Source of the DNA: Candidatus Caldipriscus sp. | Lineage (GTDB): Bacteria > Hydrothermota > Hydrothermia > LBFQ01 | Direction: 5' to 3' | Assembly: GCA_049414445.1 (NCBI GenBank) | Contig: JBMSAP010000091.1 | Coordinates: 1-56,137 of the forward strand | DNA length: 56,137 nt | Shown: positions 38,467-49,096 of the stretch, piece after piece | Position numbering within the stretch: position 1 is the first letter of the stretch | Layout of the letters: every line of letters starts with the position of its first letter | Notes under the pieces: generated by a model | What the model was told of the DNA's origin: nothing | Databases searched by the model: none | What the model saw: only the letters and a program-made list of their open reading frames with translations | Program-made: the position numbers and the translations under genes

Positions 38467-39303
38467 ATGAGGAAAAGCCTGCTTTTGATCCTTATCCTTT
38501 TCTCCTGCTCAAGGGAGAAGGGGGAAAACAAAAAGGTTTTTGAAGAGGTAAAGGCGGTAAATGTTGAGGTTGTTAAACCAAAGAGTATCTCCAAAGAGAT
38601 CACCGTTTCGGGTACCATAAAGGGATACCCCGATGTTTTGGTGTACCCAGACCTTCCGGGAAGGATCTTGAAGATAAACGTTCAGGATGGGCAGTTTGTA
38701 TCCAAGGGGCAGGTTTTGGCGCTTTTGGATAGATCCTCGCCGGGTTTGGAAGTTCGACCTTTAACCGTTGAGGCACCCACGAGCGGTTACGTTCAAGTCC
38801 TAGTTAGGGACGAGGGTTTCCCAGTTTCCCCTCAAACCTCAATATTCAGAATAGTGGGTAGAAGGGAAATTACGGTGCTCTTTGATGTGCCTGAGATCTT
38901 TGCGGGGAACATAAGGAGGGGCACTAGAATATACGTTGAGGGTAAGCGGGGGGAGGTGATAAGGTTTGCTCCGGCATTAGATCCAAGAACGAGGACGTTA
39001 AAGGTTGAGGGGAAGATAGAGGGGGATTTCTTACCTGGGCAATCAGTCCTTGTTGAAGTCGAGGTTCAAAGGGCGGATTCTACGGTGGTTTTACCCGTGA
39101 GCGCCTTTGTTGAGGATACCACCTTTTACGTCTTTGTCCTTAGGGGGGATAGGGTTAAAAGGGTTCCGGTGAGGATAGGGATAAGGACATCGGAGGGTTA
39201 TCAGGTGGTGGAGGGATTGAAATTTGGGGATACCGTGGTGGTCTTCGGCGCGAATACTTTGAAGGATGGGAGCAAAGTTAAGGTGGTGGGGGGTGTGAGA
39301 TGA
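38467..39303 (+). CDS. RND efflux periplasmic adaptor (MFP) lipoprotein
   Basis: LFSC lipobox; GRI..I.V..G..V.KGQ.L, AP.SG, DP.TRT, PG, GL..GD.VV..G. Confidence 0.9.
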   Translation: MRKSLLLILILFSCSREKGENKKVFEEVKAVNVEVVKPKSISKEITVSGTIKGYPDVLVYPDLPGRILKINVQDGQFVSKGQVLALLDRSSPGLEVRPLTVEAPTSGYVQVLVRDEGFPVSPQTSIFRIVGRREITVLFDVPEIFAGNIRRGTRIYVEGKRGEVIRFAPALDPRTRTLKVEGKIEGDFLPGQSVLVEVEVQRADSTVVLPVSAFVEDTTFYVFVLRGDRVKRVPVRIGIRTSEGYQVVEGLKFGDTVVVFGANTLKDGSKVKVVGGVR

Positions 39304-42300
39304 CGAGGTTCTTCGTAAATAGGCCTACGTTATCACTGGTAATTTATTTAGTCTTGATAATTGGCGGTATATTCGGGTTTATAAACCTCCCCGTGGATCT
39401 TCTACCAAAATTCACCCTACCCTCCGTATCCGTGATAATCCAATACCCGGGGGCATCCCCCGAGGACGTTGAGAAGAATGTAGTGGATGTTGTGGAGAGC
39501 AACCTATCAATACTTGAGAACATAGATAGGATAACATCAACGAGCCAGAACGGCCTTGGTGTGATAACGGTAACCTTTAAGTACGGTACGGATGTGGATA
39601 AGGCGACTTTGGATGTAAAGGATAGGTTAAATTTTATATCCGCATTTTTGCCCGAGGACGCAAGCGATCCCCTAATACTGAAGTTTGATATTCAACAGTT
39701 CCCCGTGGTTATCGCAACCGTAAACGCAACGGAGGAGGGTTTTGACATAAGGGAGTGGGCGGAGGAATTTTTGGTGGATGAGCTACAGAGGGTGGAAGGT
39801 GTGGGTTTGGTTCAGGTCTGGGGGGGAGGGAAGAAGAGGAGGGTAAACGTTTATATACACAGGGACAAGCTTGATAATTACAACCTCAACCTACAATCCG
39901 TAATAGAGGTCTTAAAATCTCAGGGGGTGGATATTCCGGTTGGTGAGGTAAGGTATTCGGATAAAGATATGATCCTTAAAGTTCCCCAAAATTTGAAGTC
40001 GGTTGAGGATCTGAAGGAACTCGTGGTGAGTTTCTCCGCGGGAAGGCCCATAAAGCTATATGAGATCGCGGATGTTGAGGAAGGTTATGCAAAGAGGGTG
40101 AATTACATAGATAGCAGGGGAAAGGATGCGGTCCTTTTTGCGGTTCAGAAGAAGGCGGACGCGAATGTCGTAAGCGTGGTTGAAAAGGTGAAGAAGAAGT
40201 TTAAGGAGATAGAGGATAAGTATCCGGTGAAATTCACCATTCAAACCGACGGTTCTACCTTTATAAAGGCGAGCATATCAAACCTCAGGAACACCATATT
40301 TATCTCGGGTATTTTGGTGATTTTAATAACCCTGATCTTCCTCCTTGATATCCGATCAAGCCTCATTATCGCCCTAACCTTCCCATCTTCCCTCATTATC
40401 GCCTTTTTGTACCTATTCCTCACGGGAAGTTCAATAAACATAATCTCCCTATCCGCCTTGGCTTTGGCGATAGGTTCCGTTGTGGATTCAAGCATAGTGG
40501 TGGTTGAAAATATATTTTATCACAGGCTTAAGGGGGAACCTCCCAGGGAATCTGCGGAATTTGCAACAAACGAGGTTAGAAACGCCCTGATAGCTTCCAC
40601 AATAACAAACTTCATAGTCCTTTTACCTTTGTTCTTTATACCCGGCTTCATAGGGGTAATATTTAAGGAGCTTGCATCTATATCCGTTGTGGTGTACCTG
40701 GCAAGCCTGTTTTTGGCTTTAAGCGTGACCCCATCCCTCTCCGCAAACCAGCTCAGATTAAAACCCATAACGGAACCAAAGTGGTTTTTACCAATAGAGA
40801 AATTTTATAACAGGGCGATAAAGTTCGTAGTGAGACACAGGTTCGCTTTTCTTTGGGTCTTCGTCTCCCTCCTTATTATAACCGCATCTTTATGGAGATT
40901 TGTACCCACCGAATTTTTCCCTCAGGCGGATGAGGGACAGATAAGGGGAAGCATAGAGTTCGCAAGGGGAACCTCCCTTGACAAAACCTACCAAACCATG
41001 CTTCCCATTATTGAGGAGGTATATAAGATACCGGAAGTAGAAGAGGCGGTTTTCAGGGTTGGACCTACGGAAACGGGATTCGGGGCAGCGTTGGGTGTGG
41101 TGGAAGCGCCTTATACATCCTTCTTCCTCGTTAGGTTAAAGGAGGATAGTAAAAGGAGCACTTTCGAAATAGCGGAAGAAATAGAAAAGCTCATAAAGGG
41201 GCTTCCTGGGGTTGAGAAGTACGAGGTATCCTCAACGGGACAGGGAAACCAGATCTTATTTGGGGGTTCGAGGGGAGCGGTAGTGAGGATATACGGCGAT
41301 GAAATAGAAACCCTTGATAGCCTTGCAAACATTTTGGCAGGAATTATGAGTAATATCAGGGGTTTAAAGAACGTTCAAACTTCAATAGGGAATCCAAGAC
41401 CCGAATTTATCTTGAAGATAGATAGAGATAAAGCTTACTCTTATGGGATAACGCCCGTTCAGGTAGCGCTATTTTTAAGGTACGCTATAACCGGACAAAA
41501 CATATTTACCCTAAAGTCCGGAGGGAAAAACTTGGAGGTTTGGCTCTCTTTGAGGGAAAGCGATAGGGAAAATCTGGACAAGGTTTTATCCTTGAGCATA
41601 AATACCCCATTGGGACTCGTTCCCCTTTCAAATTTTGTTGAATTGCAGGAAGGTTATTCACCCATAAAGATAGATAGGTGGAACAGAGAGAGGTACGTTG
41701 AGGTTTCGGGAGATGTTGTGGGAAGGCCCTTGGGTGAGATAACGAACGAGCTTAAGGCTATATTAAGAGATTTTAAGTTTCCGAGGGGTTATTCCTACGA
41801 ATTTGGTGGTGCCATACAGAGGCAGGCGGAAAGCTTTTCCCAGCTCTTCGTTTTGCTAATTTTGGGCTTGATTTTGATATACCTTACCGTTTCGGCACAA
41901 TTCGAGAGCTTCAAGCAGGGGATAATCATTTTTATAACGAGCATACCCTTCGGACTTGCTGGTGCATCCCTGGGTTTCCTACTCTTTAAACAGCCCCTCT
42001 CAATAACTGGATTCATAGGTTTGATAGCCCTTACCGGTGTAGTTGTAAATAATGCCATAGTTATGGTGAGCTATGCGAACATACTTATACGGAGGGGTAG
42101 GGACAAGTTCTCCGCGATAATAGAGGCATCAACTAGAAGGTTAAGGCCCATCCTTATGACCACCCTTACTACATCCTTCGGGGTCTTGCCCTTGGCGATA
42201 ATAAAGCAACAGGGTTCGGAGTTTTGGTCCGCCTTGGGTGTAGCAATATTTGGCGGTCTGAATTTCTCCCTAATTACCACACTATTTGTTGTACCCGTGA

Positions 42301-42347
42301 TTTATACTTACCTTACCGCAAATGAGAAAAAATCACACCATCCTTAA
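39300..42347 (+). CDS. RND efflux permease (AcrB/AcrD/AcrF family)
   Basis: FVNRP, LP.D..P, YPGASPE.VE, G..VD..IVVVEN, G.VVNNAI, RLRPILMTT.TT; 1015 aa. Confidence 0.95.
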   Translation: MTRFFVNRPTLSLVIYLVLIIGGIFGFINLPVDLLPKFTLPSVSVIIQYPGASPEDVEKNVVDVVESNLSILENIDRITSTSQNGLGVITVTFKYGTDVDKATLDVKDRLNFISAFLPEDASDPLILKFDIQQFPVVIATVNATEEGFDIREWAEEFLVDELQRVEGVGLVQVWGGGKKRRVNVYIHRDKLDNYNLNLQSVIEVLKSQGVDIPVGEVRYSDKDMILKVPQNLKSVEDLKELVVSFSAGRPIKLYEIADVEEGYAKRVNYIDSRGKDAVLFAVQKKADANVVSVVEKVKKKFKEIEDKYPVKFTIQTDGSTFIKASISNLRNTIFISGILVILITLIFLLDIRSSLIIALTFPSSLIIAFLYLFLTGSSINIISLSALALAIGSVVDSSIVVVENIFYHRLKGEPPRESAEFATNEVRNALIASTITNFIVLLPLFFIPGFIGVIFKELASISVVVYLASLFLALSVTPSLSANQLRLKPITEPKWFLPIEKFYNRAIKFVVRHRFAFLWVFVSLLIITASLWRFVPTEFFPQADEGQIRGSIEFARGTSLDKTYQTMLPIIEEVYKIPEVEEAVFRVGPTETGFGAALGVVEAPYTSFFLVRLKEDSKRSTFEIAEEIEKLIKGLPGVEKYEVSSTGQGNQILFGGSRGAVVRIYGDEIETLDSLANILAGIMSNIRGLKNVQTSIGNPRPEFILKIDRDKAYSYGITPVQVALFLRYAITGQNIFTLKSGGKNLEVWLSLRESDRENLDKVLSLSINTPLGLVPLSNFVELQEGYSPIKIDRWNRERYVEVSGDVVGRPLGEITNELKAILRDFKFPRGYSYEFGGAIQRQAESFSQLFVLLILGLILIYLTVSAQFESFKQGIIIFITSIPFGLAGASLGFLLFKQPLSITGFIGLIALTGVVVNNAIVMVSYANILIRRGRDKFSAIIEASTRRLRPILMTTLTTSFGVLPLAIIKQQGSEFWSALGVAIFGGLNFSLITTLFVVPVIYTYLTANEKKSHHP

Positions 42348-42356
42348 AATTCCAAT

Positions 42357-43220
42357 ATGCCATCCGTTGTGGTTATGGACGATATTGATGAGGAGGGTTT
42401 GGAGCTTTTGAGGGAAAAGGGATTTGAGATTTTGCCGAGGGAAAATTTTGAAGAAGCGGATGCGATGATCGTAAGGGGAGCTACAAAAGTAAATAAGGAG
42501 CTTTTGGATAGGTGTAAAAAGTTGAAGCTTGTTGTTAGGGCGGGGGTTGGGCTTGACAACATAGACGTAGAGTACGCAAAACAAAAGGGAATAGAAGTTA
42601 GGAATATTCCAAAGGCAACGGTGATATCCGTTGCGGAACTTACCTTGGGACTAATTCTATCCGCTTTAAGGATGATCCCTCAGGCTCACATATCAACAAA
42701 GGGGGGAAATTGGGAGAAGAAAAGGTTTGTGGGATCCGAGCTTTACGGGAAGAGGGTGGGTTTGGTGGGTTTGGGAAATATAGGGCTTGAGGTTGCAAAA
42801 AGGTGTGAAGCTTTCGGGGCCGAAGTTGTATATTACGATATCGTTGATAGGGAGATTTACAGGAAATTAAGCCTTGAGGAGCTTTTTAGGATCTCAGATA
42901 TCGTCTCCTTACATTTACCCTTAAATCCCTCAACGGAAGGCATGATAAACTACGATCTTCTTTCCCTATTAAAACCCAACGCCATACTTGTAAATACCGC
43001 AAGGGGAAATTTGATAAGAAAGGAGGATCTGTTAAGGTTTTTAAAGGAGAGGAAGGATGTGGTTGTGGCGCTTGATGTATTTTGGAAGGAACCCCCGGAG
43101 GGGGAAATACTTGACCTTGAGAACGTAATTTTTACCCCGCATATAGGGGCCCAGACGAAGGAGGCACAAAGGAGGGCATCAACGGAAGCTGCAAGAATAA
43201 TAATTGAGTTCTTCCGATGA
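42357..43220 (+). CDS. serA: D-3-phosphoglycerate dehydrogenase-like D-2-hydroxyacid dehydrogenase (no ACT domain)
   Basis: RAGVGLDNID, SVAEL, G.GNIG, SLH.PL, NTARG, LDVF..EP, TPHIGAQT.EAQ; next to DUF1015. Confidence 0.8.
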   Translation: MPSVVVMDDIDEEGLELLREKGFEILPRENFEEADAMIVRGATKVNKELLDRCKKLKLVVRAGVGLDNIDVEYAKQKGIEVRNIPKATVISVAELTLGLILSALRMIPQAHISTKGGNWEKKRFVGSELYGKRVGLVGLGNIGLEVAKRCEAFGAEVVYYDIVDREIYRKLSLEELFRISDIVSLHLPLNPSTEGMINYDLLSLLKPNAILVNTARGNLIRKEDLLRFLKERKDVVVALDVFWKEPPEGEILDLENVIFTPHIGAQTKEAQRRASTEAARIIIEFFR

Positions 43221-44200
43221 AAAAATTAAAGGTTTTCGCCCCAAGAAACCCCCATCCCGTACCATACGAAAACCTCTGGGATACCCTAATTAACGATAAG
43301 GAGAAGGTATTGAGGAGGGATTTGGATTTCTTGGGGGAGGGTTTTTTGCTTATAAAGCAGGAGTTTGAGATTAATGGGGAAAGGAGGGTGAGAAAGGCAT
43401 TTGTTGCATTTTTAAACAAAATGGATTACAGGTTTTACCCTCACGAGGATTTCTTCCCCGAAGGGGTAAGGTTTTACAGGGAGATCTTCAATTCTTACCC
43501 TTACCAGTTTGCTCCAATAATGGGTTTGGTGGATGGGGGAAACTGGATCTCAAGCTTAAATGAGGGAAGAAAGGTGGGGGAATATACCGCAAATGGGGTA
43601 AAAACGGAAGTTTTTTTTACAGAACCTTTGGGAAATTTACCGAGGGAGGTTTTCATAGCGGATGGGCATCATAGGTTTGAGGCGGTGGAAGGGGATGTTT
43701 TATTTGCCCTAATTGACGTAAAAGATCCAAGCTTGATGATCCTTCCCACGCACAGGCTTTTGAAAGTTAAAATTTCGGATCTGAAAGGTTTCCTTGAGGG
43801 GAAGGAGGTGGAATTATTTCCTATAAGATCCTTGGAGAGTTTGGGGGAGATCATAAAAATGGCTCAATTCCCGGTGATATTGTACTTGGGGGGAAACAGG
43901 AAACCGTTTGGGGTGATATATAAAGGGGAAAGGGGGATCCTAACGGAAATTCCGGCTTATATTTGCGATTTTTACATTTTTGAAGGTAAATACGAGGTGA
44001 TAACGGGGTACTACAGGGATTGGAGGGAGGCGGTGAAGAAAGCGGAGGAGGGTCATACCGTAGCGCTGGTTTCTCCTACAAAACCAATAGATGTTATAAA
44101 GGTGGCGAGGGAAGGGATGAGGATGCCGAGAAAATCTACGGACTTTTACCCAAAGCTCGTTGCGGGACTTTTCTACGTTCAACCTTCTACATCCTTATAA
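43217..44200 (+). CDS. DUF1015 family protein
   Basis: PHE, IADGHHR, ILPTHR, MPRKST.FYPKL..GL. Confidence 0.88.
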   Translation: MKKLKVFAPRNPHPVPYENLWDTLINDKEKVLRRDLDFLGEGFLLIKQEFEINGERRVRKAFVAFLNKMDYRFYPHEDFFPEGVRFYREIFNSYPYQFAPIMGLVDGGNWISSLNEGRKVGEYTANGVKTEVFFTEPLGNLPREVFIADGHHRFEAVEGDVLFALIDVKDPSLMILPTHRLLKVKISDLKGFLEGKEVELFPIRSLESLGEIIKMAQFPVILYLGGNRKPFGVIYKGERGILTEIPAYICDFYIFEGKYEVITGYYRDWREAVKKAEEGHTVALVSPTKPIDVIKVAREGMRMPRKSTDFYPKLVAGLFYVQPSTSL

Positions 44201-44209
44201 TCTTCAACA

Positions 44210-44983
44210 ATGCTTGCCTTTGCTTATGATGTATTTCTTGGCGATTTTTCCTTGTATTCCCTAAAGTCCCATATTCCAAAGGGAGAGATATACACCTCCG
44301 CCTATAACTTCGTCGCGGGAAGCTTTGGGGGGGAGTTGGGGGGAGAAAGGAGAGGGATTTTGGGAAATTTGAAGTTTTTCTCCTCCGGAAATATGGAGAG
44401 GACGGATGAGGATGGACAAGTTTTGGGAAACTTTTCGTCAAATTTTATAAAACTTTCGGGCGGAAGGGAAGTTAAGGTTGGGAATTTTTACGGGATCCTT
44501 GGCGTAGGGCTTTCTTACGTCTCCCTTGATCAGAAGAACGTGGGGATAGGGGCAAGCTTATTTTCCAGGATATTCACCATCAGGGAATTTAAGGGTTTTA
44601 ACGTTGAGGGTTATCTCCTTTTGGATAACGTTGGGTACGAGCTAAAACCCATAGGATTGAGTAGGGGAATATTACCTTACAAGGTTTCCCTTGGGGGGAA
44701 GGTTTTCGGTGATAAGTCCTCCGCCCTCCTTGAGATCGGTAGATACTATATGGGAAATTACGTTAAGGTGGGGGGTGAGCTTGGGGTAAACATCTTAAAT
44801 TTGGGTTTTTCCTTTGATAGCAGACTTAGAAACTTGAACGGCGGGTACGGGCTTGACTTTTTAAGTGGTCTTTCAATTTTCGGTGGGGTGGAATACAGGA
44901 ACGTAAAATTCGAATATTCTTATACTTTTATGGGGTTGTTTGGTTCAAGGAACATTTTCCAAATTTCTTACAGGCTAAACTAA
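44210..44983 (+). CDS. Outer-membrane beta-barrel, PorV/PorQ-like
   Basis: G..ERTDEDG...G.F, N.G, LP....LG, DYSY-like EYSY...G.FG, alternating beta pattern ending ISYRLN. Confidence 0.6.
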   Translation: MLAFAYDVFLGDFSLYSLKSHIPKGEIYTSAYNFVAGSFGGELGGERRGILGNLKFFSSGNMERTDEDGQVLGNFSSNFIKLSGGREVKVGNFYGILGVGLSYVSLDQKNVGIGASLFSRIFTIREFKGFNVEGYLLLDNVGYELKPIGLSRGILPYKVSLGGKVFGDKSSALLEIGRYYMGNYVKVGGELGVNILNLGFSFDSRLRNLNGGYGLDFLSGLSIFGGVEYRNVKFEYSYTFMGLFGSRNIFQISYRLN

Positions 44984-45988
44984 ACCCTTCCTACCCTTTA
45001 AATTATCCAAAAGCATCATTATGATCTCTGCCATCACATCATCCCCGATTTCCCTCAAAATTCCAAGGGATTCCTTGAACCTACCCATACCCACTAAGCA
45101 GTACGCGTAAAACCTCTTAATTTCTGGATCTTGGCTTTCCACAAAAAGGGGGTTTAGGACCCTCAGGGCATCATCAAACCTTCCCAACCTGTAAAGGCTT
45201 TCCGCCTTAAGGAGGATCATATCCTTGTTATCCGGGAAGAGGCTAAGGACCCTATCAACCGCTTTTACAACCTCCGAGAACTTTCCTTCCCTATAAAGAT
45301 CCTCCAAATTTCTCTTTATCCCTTCCAAATCCGAGGTTCCTACCGACTTGTGGAGTTCTATCAGGCCTTTCCTTTCAAGCCCCTTTATTGCATTGACGGT
45401 TTTGAAGAAGCTAAGGGATGAAAGCTCCGAGATCTCAAGAATACTCCTTTTACCATCTATCCAACATAGAACTTTCCATTCATCGGGTGAAAGCTTCTCC
45501 TCAACCTTCCTCTTTGGGTTTATTTCCGGTATTGAGAAGGGTGAAATTTCTATTTTTTCCAGACTCTCATCAAGAGCGCTCGCAACCTTCAAGATCAGGG
45601 TAGATATGGGATATATCTCGGGAAGATCCACCTTTTCATCAAAGAACTCGTATTCTCCCTCTTTCCAAGTATTTATTATTATTAGCCTGTCGGTTATTAT
45701 ATCCTCAACCAAAGCCTTAAGCCTATCGTCCCTACAAACCTTCAGAACCTGCTCTTCCTCCTTTAGCTCTAAGTTGGAACCAACAATATTCCTTGCAAGG
45801 TCTATTAGGGTTTTTGTCCCCTCTATGGATATAAAGCAAACTTTGCCGTTCTTTATATATATTTTCGCCCTATCCCCGACGTTTAAGATCTCCCCACCGT
45901 TCCTCACATACAAAATCCCCTCCCTGTCCGTTATCCCCAGCATCTGGAGGACCTCAAGGATGGAGGTGGTTCCTATGCTACCCTTCAT
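44975..45988 (-). CDS. DUF4388 domain + winged-helix + TPR protein
   Basis: MKGSI....ILEVLQML....REG.L, W.EG.YEF; L...EW.VL..IDG.RSI.EI; C-terminal TPRs; likely start ATG 45988 (ATGA overlap). Confidence 0.82.
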   Translation of the reverse strand: MKGSIGTTSILEVLQMLGITDREGILYVRNGGEILNVGDRAKIYIKNGKVCFISIEGTKTLIDLARNIVGSNLELKEEEQVLKVCRDDRLKALVEDIITDRLIIINTWKEGEYEFFDEKVDLPEIYPISTLILKVASALDESLEKIEISPFSIPEINPKRKVEEKLSPDEWKVLCWIDGKRSILEISELSSLSFFKTVNAIKGLERKGLIELHKSVGTSDLEGIKRNLEDLYREGKFSEVVKAVDRVLSLFPDNKDMILLKAESLYRLGRFDDALRVLNPLFVESQDPEIKRFYAYCLVGMGRFKESLGILREIGDDVMAEIIMMLLDNLKGRKGLV

Positions 45989-48171
45989 CTTTTGAGATTT
46001 ACAAAGAAAGTTTTTAAGTTCTGAAGATTCTTTGCGGCCCTGGAGGATAGGATCTTGTCGTAAGGCATCTTTGATGCGGTCTCCCAATACCTTTCCGCCT
46101 CCTCATATTCCCCTAAAATGGCGTATATGTTCCCTATCAGAAGGTGTGCCTTCTGTCCCGCGTACCCAACCTTTACCTTTTTAAGGTAATCCAAAGCTGT
46201 TTTATTCTCATCTTTTTTAAACAGGATCTCACCTATTATTAGGTTTCCCCTCTCGTCCCCCATCTCCAAAAGTTCTTTACCCAATTTCTCCGCTTCCTTT
46301 AGGTTCCCGAGGCCCAAGAGTACTTCCCCCAAATAGAATTTAACCGTATTGTTTTCGGGGAGTTTCCTTGAATTATAAAAGTTGTATGCGGTTTCGTACA
46401 TCCCCATCTTTGCCAGTACCCTTAAAATATGCATACCCGCCTCGTTTTTACCGGATTTCAAGAGCTCGCCGAATATGGCTATAGCGTTCCTCCCATTCCC
46501 CCTGATCTCCTCTATCGCACCAAAAATTTCAAGGCTTCTCTGATTTGCAAGATTTTTCTTTTTAAGGTTCGCTATTAGGTAAGATGCCAAAGAAGACTTA
46601 CCAAGTAGGGAGGAAAGGAGGGCAAGGTAATTTATGTGTTCCGGGGTTTTTCCGAACTTCATACCCAGATCCAGAGCCCTCAAGGCGCCCTTTATATTTC
46701 CCCAAGATAGGGCCCTTTTTACCCCTTCAAGGGATGAACCGAAGAACCTCTCGTAAGGAAACTCCACCTGAATGGGAAGGGGATAGGCTAAGGAAGGAAC
46801 CTTTACGAGGAAGGTTTCGGTTTTTAGATCCCTTGGAGAAACCTTTAATTCGCTTGCCAAAGCCAAGGCGGTATCAATTTCTTCGGAGTTAAACATCACA
46901 AAGATCCTTATTATATCAGCATCAATCCCCTTCAATCCCTCTATTTCCCTTATCGCATTCTTATATTCCCCCTTTCCCAAGTAAGCTCTTGCCCTCAGAA
47001 GCCTTGAGTATGGTCTATTATCTTTAAGCTCCTTCAAAACTTCGTCAAATTTCCCCGAATTTAGAAGGAACACGGAGAGATTATGGGTATAAACCGCATC
47101 CCTTTCGGGTTCCGGTATTTCCACCGCCCTCCTTTTAAGTTGATATATGAGCCACATGAGATCATCCACCCTATCTCCGTTTACAAGTTTTAAGTAATCT
47201 ACCGCATCATTTACATTTCCCATCTGGAAGTGCGCGATTGCACCTATCTTGAGCATATCCGCCTCTTGCCTTATTGAGTCCTTATAAGATTCCGCTATTT
47301 TCAGGGCTTCAACGTACTCCCCCTTTATTATGTGTATTACCGCCTTTACAAAGTCGTAATCCTTCCTAGCTTTAAAGGATAGGTTTTGGATCCTTACCCT
47401 CCTAATTTCCCTCAAAGCCTCCTCAACCAACCCCTTGTTTAAGTACGCCTTCGCCAAGACCACCCCACCCTCGACGTTTTCCCTCTGAACTTTCTTTTGT
47501 TTAGAAACCAAATTGTATATGCTTAGAACACTTTCGTTCCCTAAGGATGGGTTTATCTCTTTTGCCCTTTTAAGGCATATCTCCGCGTTTTCATAATCCC
47601 CCATCTCACCGTACACAAAGGACATAAGGTAATAAGCCTCCGCGTCCTCCACCTTCTTTACCACATCTTTCAAGACCTCCAAAGCTTTCTCAAGGTTTCC
47701 TAGATTATACAAGGCTTCCGCCATAAGCTTTTTCGTCTCAATGTCATTCGGTGATATGCTTAATATCCTTCTTGCGTAATCCACCGTATCCTCGTATTTT
47801 CCCGAATTCTTGGATAGGACTAGGGCCATTTTTAGGGCTTCAAGCATATTTGGGTTATTTTCTATTATCTCCTTAAGGAGAATTTCTGCCTTTTCCTCCT
47901 GCCCCATAAATATCAGGGTTTCAACCGTCTTTATATCATCAACCTTCCTTTCCTCAACAGGAACATCCGCAGGGTTTATTCCCAACATTTTTGAAAGGGC
48001 TTCAAGGTTATTCTTTGCTTCTTCAAGCTTAAAAGAGCTCTTGTACCAGGAAGTTTTAAATAGTTTTAAAGCCTCCTCATAAAGCCCCTGATGATAAAAA
48101 ACCACACCCAAATTGTTCAGACTTTCTGGATCTTTGGGTAAAACATCTTTAAGCTTTAGAATCCCCTTCAT
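45985..48171 (-). CDS. Large tetratricopeptide-repeat protein
   Basis: LNNLGVVFY..G.YEEA, AEALYNLG.LEKA, AYYLMS.VY..MGDYENA, AHLLIGNIY..LGEYEEA. Confidence 0.88.
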   Translation of the reverse strand: MKGILKLKDVLPKDPESLNNLGVVFYHQGLYEEALKLFKTSWYKSSFKLEEAKNNLEALSKMLGINPADVPVEERKVDDIKTVETLIFMGQEEKAEILLKEIIENNPNMLEALKMALVLSKNSGKYEDTVDYARRILSISPNDIETKKLMAEALYNLGNLEKALEVLKDVVKKVEDAEAYYLMSFVYGEMGDYENAEICLKRAKEINPSLGNESVLSIYNLVSKQKKVQRENVEGGVVLAKAYLNKGLVEEALREIRRVRIQNLSFKARKDYDFVKAVIHIIKGEYVEALKIAESYKDSIRQEADMLKIGAIAHFQMGNVNDAVDYLKLVNGDRVDDLMWLIYQLKRRAVEIPEPERDAVYTHNLSVFLLNSGKFDEVLKELKDNRPYSRLLRARAYLGKGEYKNAIREIEGLKGIDADIIRIFVMFNSEEIDTALALASELKVSPRDLKTETFLVKVPSLAYPLPIQVEFPYERFFGSSLEGVKRALSWGNIKGALRALDLGMKFGKTPEHINYLALLSSLLGKSSLASYLIANLKKKNLANQRSLEIFGAIEEIRGNGRNAIAIFGELLKSGKNEAGMHILRVLAKMGMYETAYNFYNSRKLPENNTVKFYLGEVLLGLGNLKEAEKLGKELLEMGDERGNLIIGEILFKKDENKTALDYLKKVKVGYAGQKAHLLIGNIYAILGEYEEAERYWETASKMPYDKILSSRAAKNLQNLKTFFVNLKR

Positions 48172-48737
48172 TCCAAGAGTCTCCTGAGCTTGTCCAATAG
48201 GAGGGAAATAGAATCTCGGGTGGGTATTGCGATTATCTTGGCGGTTATCTTGCCGTTTATTTCCGGAATTAAAACAACCTCCCCGAGGATCACGAAGGGA
48301 TCGTCAAAGTGCGAAATTTCTAATGGATCTTCGAGCCTTTTAGGGGGTGTGATGCTTACGTTTATTTTGGCAAATTCCGCCAAGCCACCAATAAAAGATC
48401 CGAAGATTATATTGGATACCTCCGCAAGGAGACCTTCTCCTTCCGTTGAAATTCCGTACTTTTCCCAGATTAGTTTAACTAACTTCTCCTTCTCAGCCTT
48501 CCTATATGCGATAAAAATCACCCCCTTAAAACTTTTCTCAAGGTTGCTATAGAAGAATGTAAACTTTTCCGTCTCTTTTTCCAAGATCTCTCTAACTTCT
48601 TGTGTGGGAACCACCTTTATTTCCGGAAATTCCATATCAACCCTACATTCCAAGAGGGAAGATAGGGCACTTGCACCCTGACCAGCGGAGATGTTTATTG
48701 CTTCCCTTATTGCATCAAGTTGTTCGGGGGTTATCAT
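48168..48737 (-). CDS. cheC: CheC-family CheY-P phosphatase
   Basis: QLDAIREAINI..G..A.ALS and E.SNII.GSF...L; ITPP; two E-x-x-N motifs. Confidence 0.88.
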   Translation of the reverse strand: MITPEQLDAIREAINISAGQGASALSSLLECRVDMEFPEIKVVPTQEVREILEKETEKFTFFYSNLEKSFKGVIFIAYRKAEKEKLVKLIWEKYGISTEGEGLLAEVSNIIFGSFIGGLAEFAKINVSITPPKRLEDPLEISHFDDPFVILGEVVLIPEINGKITAKIIAIPTRDSISLLLDKLRRLLE

Positions 48738-49096
48738 ATCCCCAAAACCCTCATTATTACATCCACCACCACCTGAGGTTGAAAGGGTTTTATCACATAA
48801 TCCTTAGCTCCTATCCTTAGGGCTTCCGTTATTATGTCCGTTTGACCCAAGGCGGAGATGATTATAACGTTCAGGTTGGGTTTTATCTTCAGCATTTCCC
48901 TTAAAACCTCCAAACCGTTCTTATCGGGCATAACGATGTCAAGGGTCACAACGTCGGGATCGGTACTCTTTAGAAGTTCTATGGCCTGATCCCCATTCTC
49001 TGCCTCGCCTACAACCTTAAAACCCGCCTCCTCCAAAGATTTCCTAATCAAACTCCTCATAAACTTCGCATCATCAACTATCAATACCCTTACCAT
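48734..49096 (-). CDS. cheY: Single-domain response regulator, CheY-like
   Basis: VLIVDDA.FMR, VVGEAENG, PDVVTLDIVMP..NG, ISALGQ, GAKDY..KPF. Confidence 0.9.
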   Translation of the reverse strand: MVRVLIVDDAKFMRSLIRKSLEEAGFKVVGEAENGDQAIELLKSTDPDVVTLDIVMPDKNGLEVLREMLKIKPNLNVIIISALGQTDIITEALRIGAKDYVIKPFQPQVVVDVIMRVLGI